From positions 157,991 to 221,990 of the forward strand of contig JANMXA010000042.1 in assembly GCA_031394255.1 (NCBI GenBank): DNA of 64,000 nt. Reading direction: 5' to 3'. Below the pieces are notes generated by a model that did not search any database, had not been told where the DNA came from, and was given only the letters and a program-made list of their open reading frames with translations. Both the position numbers and the translations under genes were made by a program. This document shows, one piece after another, positions 61,734-64,000 of the stretch; within the stretch, counting starts at the first letter, position 1; every line of letters begins with the position of its first letter. This DNA comes from Gemmatimonadota bacterium (GTDB lineage Bacteria; Gemmatimonadota; Gemmatimonadetes; Gemmatimonadales; GWC2-71-9).

Positions 61734-62485
61734 TGACCGGCGCCTTTCCGGATCATTTCTCGGCCCGTGCGGATCGATACGCGGTGTTTCGCCCGACGTA
61801 TCCGGACGGGCTGTATCAATGGCTCGCCGATCAGGTGGTGCGACACGACGCCGCCTGGGACTGCGCGACCGGCAACGGACAGGCGGCCGTTGGGCTGGCT
61901 CCCTACTTCGGCCGGGTCTTTGCCACCGATGCCAGTGCGGCGCAGCTCGCCCAGGCGACGCCGGGGCCGAACATCGAATACAGCCTGGCGCCGGCCGAGG
62001 CCTCCGGGCTCGCCGATCGTTCCGTGGACCTGGTGACCGTCGCGCAGGCGGCGCACTGGTTTGACCGGGCCCGCTTCTTTGTCGAGGCCGCCCGGGTGGC
62101 GCGTCCGGGGTCCGTTCTTGCGATCTGGATGTACAACCTGATGCGGAGTGAACCGGCCGTCGATCTGATCATCAGTCGGCTGTACCGGGACATCGTTGGT
62201 CCCTTCTGGCCGGGTGACCGGATCTTGATCGACGAAGATTATCGCAGCATCACGATCCCGTTCCCCGAATTCGATGCGCCCGAGGTTGCCATGGCCGCGG
62301 ACTGGACCGGCGACCATCTGCTCGGCTATCTCCGCACCTGGTCGGCGGTGAACCGCTATGTCGAGGCCCAGGGGCATGATCCCGTCGCATTGGTCGAGGA
62401 TGACCTGCTGGCCGCCTGGGGCGGTCGCTCGACCGTAAGGACGGTCCGGTGGCCCCTCCGCGTCAGGGTGGCCCGGATTCCCTGA
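61733..62485 (+). CDS. Class I SAM-dependent methyltransferase
   Basis: Motif I DCATGNGQAA. 1-nt overlap with the GNAT gene. Confidence 0.85.
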   Translation: MTGAFPDHFSARADRYAVFRPTYPDGLYQWLADQVVRHDAAWDCATGNGQAAVGLAPYFGRVFATDASAAQLAQATPGPNIEYSLAPAEASGLADRSVDLVTVAQAAHWFDRARFFVEAARVARPGSVLAIWMYNLMRSEPAVDLIISRLYRDIVGPFWPGDRILIDEDYRSITIPFPEFDAPEVAMAADWTGDHLLGYLRTWSAVNRYVEAQGHDPVALVEDDLLAAWGGRSTVRTVRWPLRVRVARIP

Positions 62486-62537
62486 GCAACGCCCCGGCGC
62501 TCAATCCCGTAGATTCCTGCAACCGCAACACGATGGA

Positions 62538-63896
62538 GTGGTGATGATCTCTCAGGTTCTGGCGGCCATGGCCGTGTTGTTGGCCCCGCCCCGTCCACGG
62601 ACGGTGGCTCCGTATGTCTTCACCAACGTGACCGTCGTGCCCATGGACCGGGAGCGCTTGCTGCCCGGGCACACGGTCGTGGTGCTCGGTGACCAGATCA
62701 TCGCGCTGGGGCCAAACGGCAAAGTGGTGATCCCGTCCAACGCCGTCAGAATCGACGGCACCGGGAAGTTTCTGATCCCCGGCCTGGCCGAGATGCATGC
62801 CCACATTCCGCCCGGCCCCACGGTTGCCGATTCCGTGATCGAGCGGGTTCTTGCCCTCTTCGCCCTGAACGGTGTCACCACGGTTCGCGGCATGCTTGGC
62901 GATCCCCGCCATCTTCCCCTCCGGGCCCGGGCGGCGGCGGGTGAATTGCTCAGCCCCTTGATCTACACGTCGAGCCCGTCGCTCAATGGCAACTCGATGA
63001 CGACCGGTGCGGCGGCGGCCGATTCCGTCAGGAAGTACCACGACGCCGGTTACGATTTCCTCAAGATCCATCCCGGCATTTCCCGTGGCGTGTTCGATAC
63101 CATCGCGGCCACTGCCAAACAGGCCGGGATTCGTTTCGCGGGTCACGTGCCGCTCGACGTCGGTATCGAACATGCCATCGAGCTGGGTTACTGGACCGTT
63201 GACCACTTCGACGGCTTCATCGAGGGCCTGGTGCCTGAGGCTCGGCCGTTTACCGCGGAGGAAGACGGTTTCTTCGGCCTCGGGGTGGTGATGCGGGCGG
63301 AGGAAGGCCGGATCCCGATGCTCGCCGCCAAGGCCAAGGCCGCCGGCGTCTGGGTGGTTCCGACCGAAACGCTGATGCGGCACGTGGTGGGTAACTACAC
63401 GGCCGAAGCGATGAGTGCCTGGCCCGAGATGCGTTACTGGTCCAAGGCCGGACTGGCGGGGTGGGTCGAGCAGACGAAGGCCTTCCGGCGCGACAATGTG
63501 CCGGCCGAGGCCAAGGTCCGGTATCTCGACCTCCGCAAGAAGCTCTTCCGGGGCTTTCGGGAGGCAGGGGTCGGTTTCTTGCTCGGATCAGACGCGCCGC
63601 AGATCTGGAACGTGCCCGGGTTTTCGGTGCGCCGCGAGCTGGCCTATATGGTTGACGCCGGCCTGACGCCGTACCAGGCGCTCGAATCCGGAACGAGGAA
63701 TGTGGCGCTATTCTTCGGGACGATCGACAAGACCGGAACGGTCGCGGTCGGCAAGCGGGCCGATCTGGTTCTGCTCGACGCCAACCCGCTCACCGACATC
63801 AAGGCAGTCGGCCACCAGTCAGGTGTCATGCTCGGCGGTCGCTGGCTCTCTGCGACCGAGATTGCCAAACGCCTCGAGGGCCTGGCGGCCCGGTAG
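62538..63896 (+). CDS. Amidohydrolase-family metal-dependent hydrolase, secreted
   Basis: Signal-like MISQVLAAMAVLLAPP. PGLAEMHAHI (HxH), C-terminal ADLVLLDANPL. Confidence 0.85.
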   Translation: MVMISQVLAAMAVLLAPPRPRTVAPYVFTNVTVVPMDRERLLPGHTVVVLGDQIIALGPNGKVVIPSNAVRIDGTGKFLIPGLAEMHAHIPPGPTVADSVIERVLALFALNGVTTVRGMLGDPRHLPLRARAAAGELLSPLIYTSSPSLNGNSMTTGAAAADSVRKYHDAGYDFLKIHPGISRGVFDTIAATAKQAGIRFAGHVPLDVGIEHAIELGYWTVDHFDGFIEGLVPEARPFTAEEDGFFGLGVVMRAEEGRIPMLAAKAKAAGVWVVPTETLMRHVVGNYTAEAMSAWPEMRYWSKAGLAGWVEQTKAFRRDNVPAEAKVRYLDLRKKLFRGFREAGVGFLLGSDAPQIWNVPGFSVRRELAYMVDAGLTPYQALESGTRNVALFFGTIDKTGTVAVGKRADLVLLDANPLTDIKAVGHQSGVMLGGRWLSATEIAKRLEGLAAR

Positions 63897-63908
63897 GAGA
63901 TGCACGAA

Positions 63909-64000
63909 ATGTCGCTGATCACATTGCTGTTGCAGGTAACCGCCGCGGTGCCTGCGCCGGCCCGTCAGATCGAATGGGCCGTCCAGGCCGCCCCCGACAA
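63909..64000 (+). CDS. Partial CDS start (signal-peptide-like), runs off the window end
   Basis: AGGAGA 8 nt upstream of the ATG at 63909. MSLITLLLQVTAAVPAPARQ... Too short to assign. Confidence 0.25.
   Translation, partial: MSLITLLLQVTAAVPAPARQIEWAVQAAPD

Noticed and set aside
1-64000. CRISPR arrays, insertion sequences, integrases, prophage or defence-system genes, tRNA/rRNA.
   Set aside because: I saw no regularly spaced direct repeats, no transposase, integrase or recombinase-like translations, and no tRNA-like cloverleaf candidates in the intergenic regions. This was a manual scan only.

Overview
Gene-dense, visibly high-GC chromosomal segment with about 66 protein-coding genes and tight or overlapping gene junctions. 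I saw no rRNA, tRNA, CRISPR array, integrase, transposase or obvious terminal repeats, so it reads as core or accessory metabolism, not a mobile island. All identifications come from reading motifs in the supplied translations; nothing was searched. Gene content is reminiscent of Gemmatimonadota-like soil bacteria: a Sec/lipobox clade II nosZ with an upstream cytochrome c, a CarboxypepD_reg-type TonB receptor and many secreted peptidases. That taxonomic guess is inference only.

Modules in order:
1. A three-gene blue-copper cluster (243-3721): a cupredoxin fused to a NosD-like beta-helix, a Tat-exported NirK-like two-domain cupredoxin protein, and a small cupredoxin lipoprotein.
2. A SahR-like regulator with ahcY.
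3. An amidase and small secreted proteins, one with an apparent frameshift.
4. A PadR-centred pair of divergent ABC-2 exporters with clear palindromes.
5. A long run of secreted peptidases and D-stereospecific enzymes: tandem S15 hydrolases, an FAD oxidase, a GT2, an S9 peptidase, and the operon Ser/Thr-dehydratase - D-aminoacylase - Tat-LanC-like followed by a CarH-like B12 regulator, then a bicupin, Qor and DmpA.
6. crcB.
7. A four-gene amidoligase operon: ATP-grasp, circularly permuted ATP-grasp, GCS2/YbdK ligase and a C26 gamma-glutamyl hydrolase.
8. An esterase, an outer-membrane protein and a TonB receptor.
9. An Rrf2 regulator plus a BNR propeller, divergent from a compact clade II N2O-reductase cluster (cyt c-nosZ-nosB-nosL-nosD-nosF-nosY).
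10. Sulfite and persulfide genes.
11. mtnP-apt-mtnA-aldolase.
12. A second D-aminoacylase/dehydratase pair, a third dehydratase with a TauE exporter, then GNAT, methyltransferase and amidohydrolase genes.

The best candidates for an undescribed system are the copper cluster, the LanC-like/D-aminoacylase operon and the amidoligase operon.
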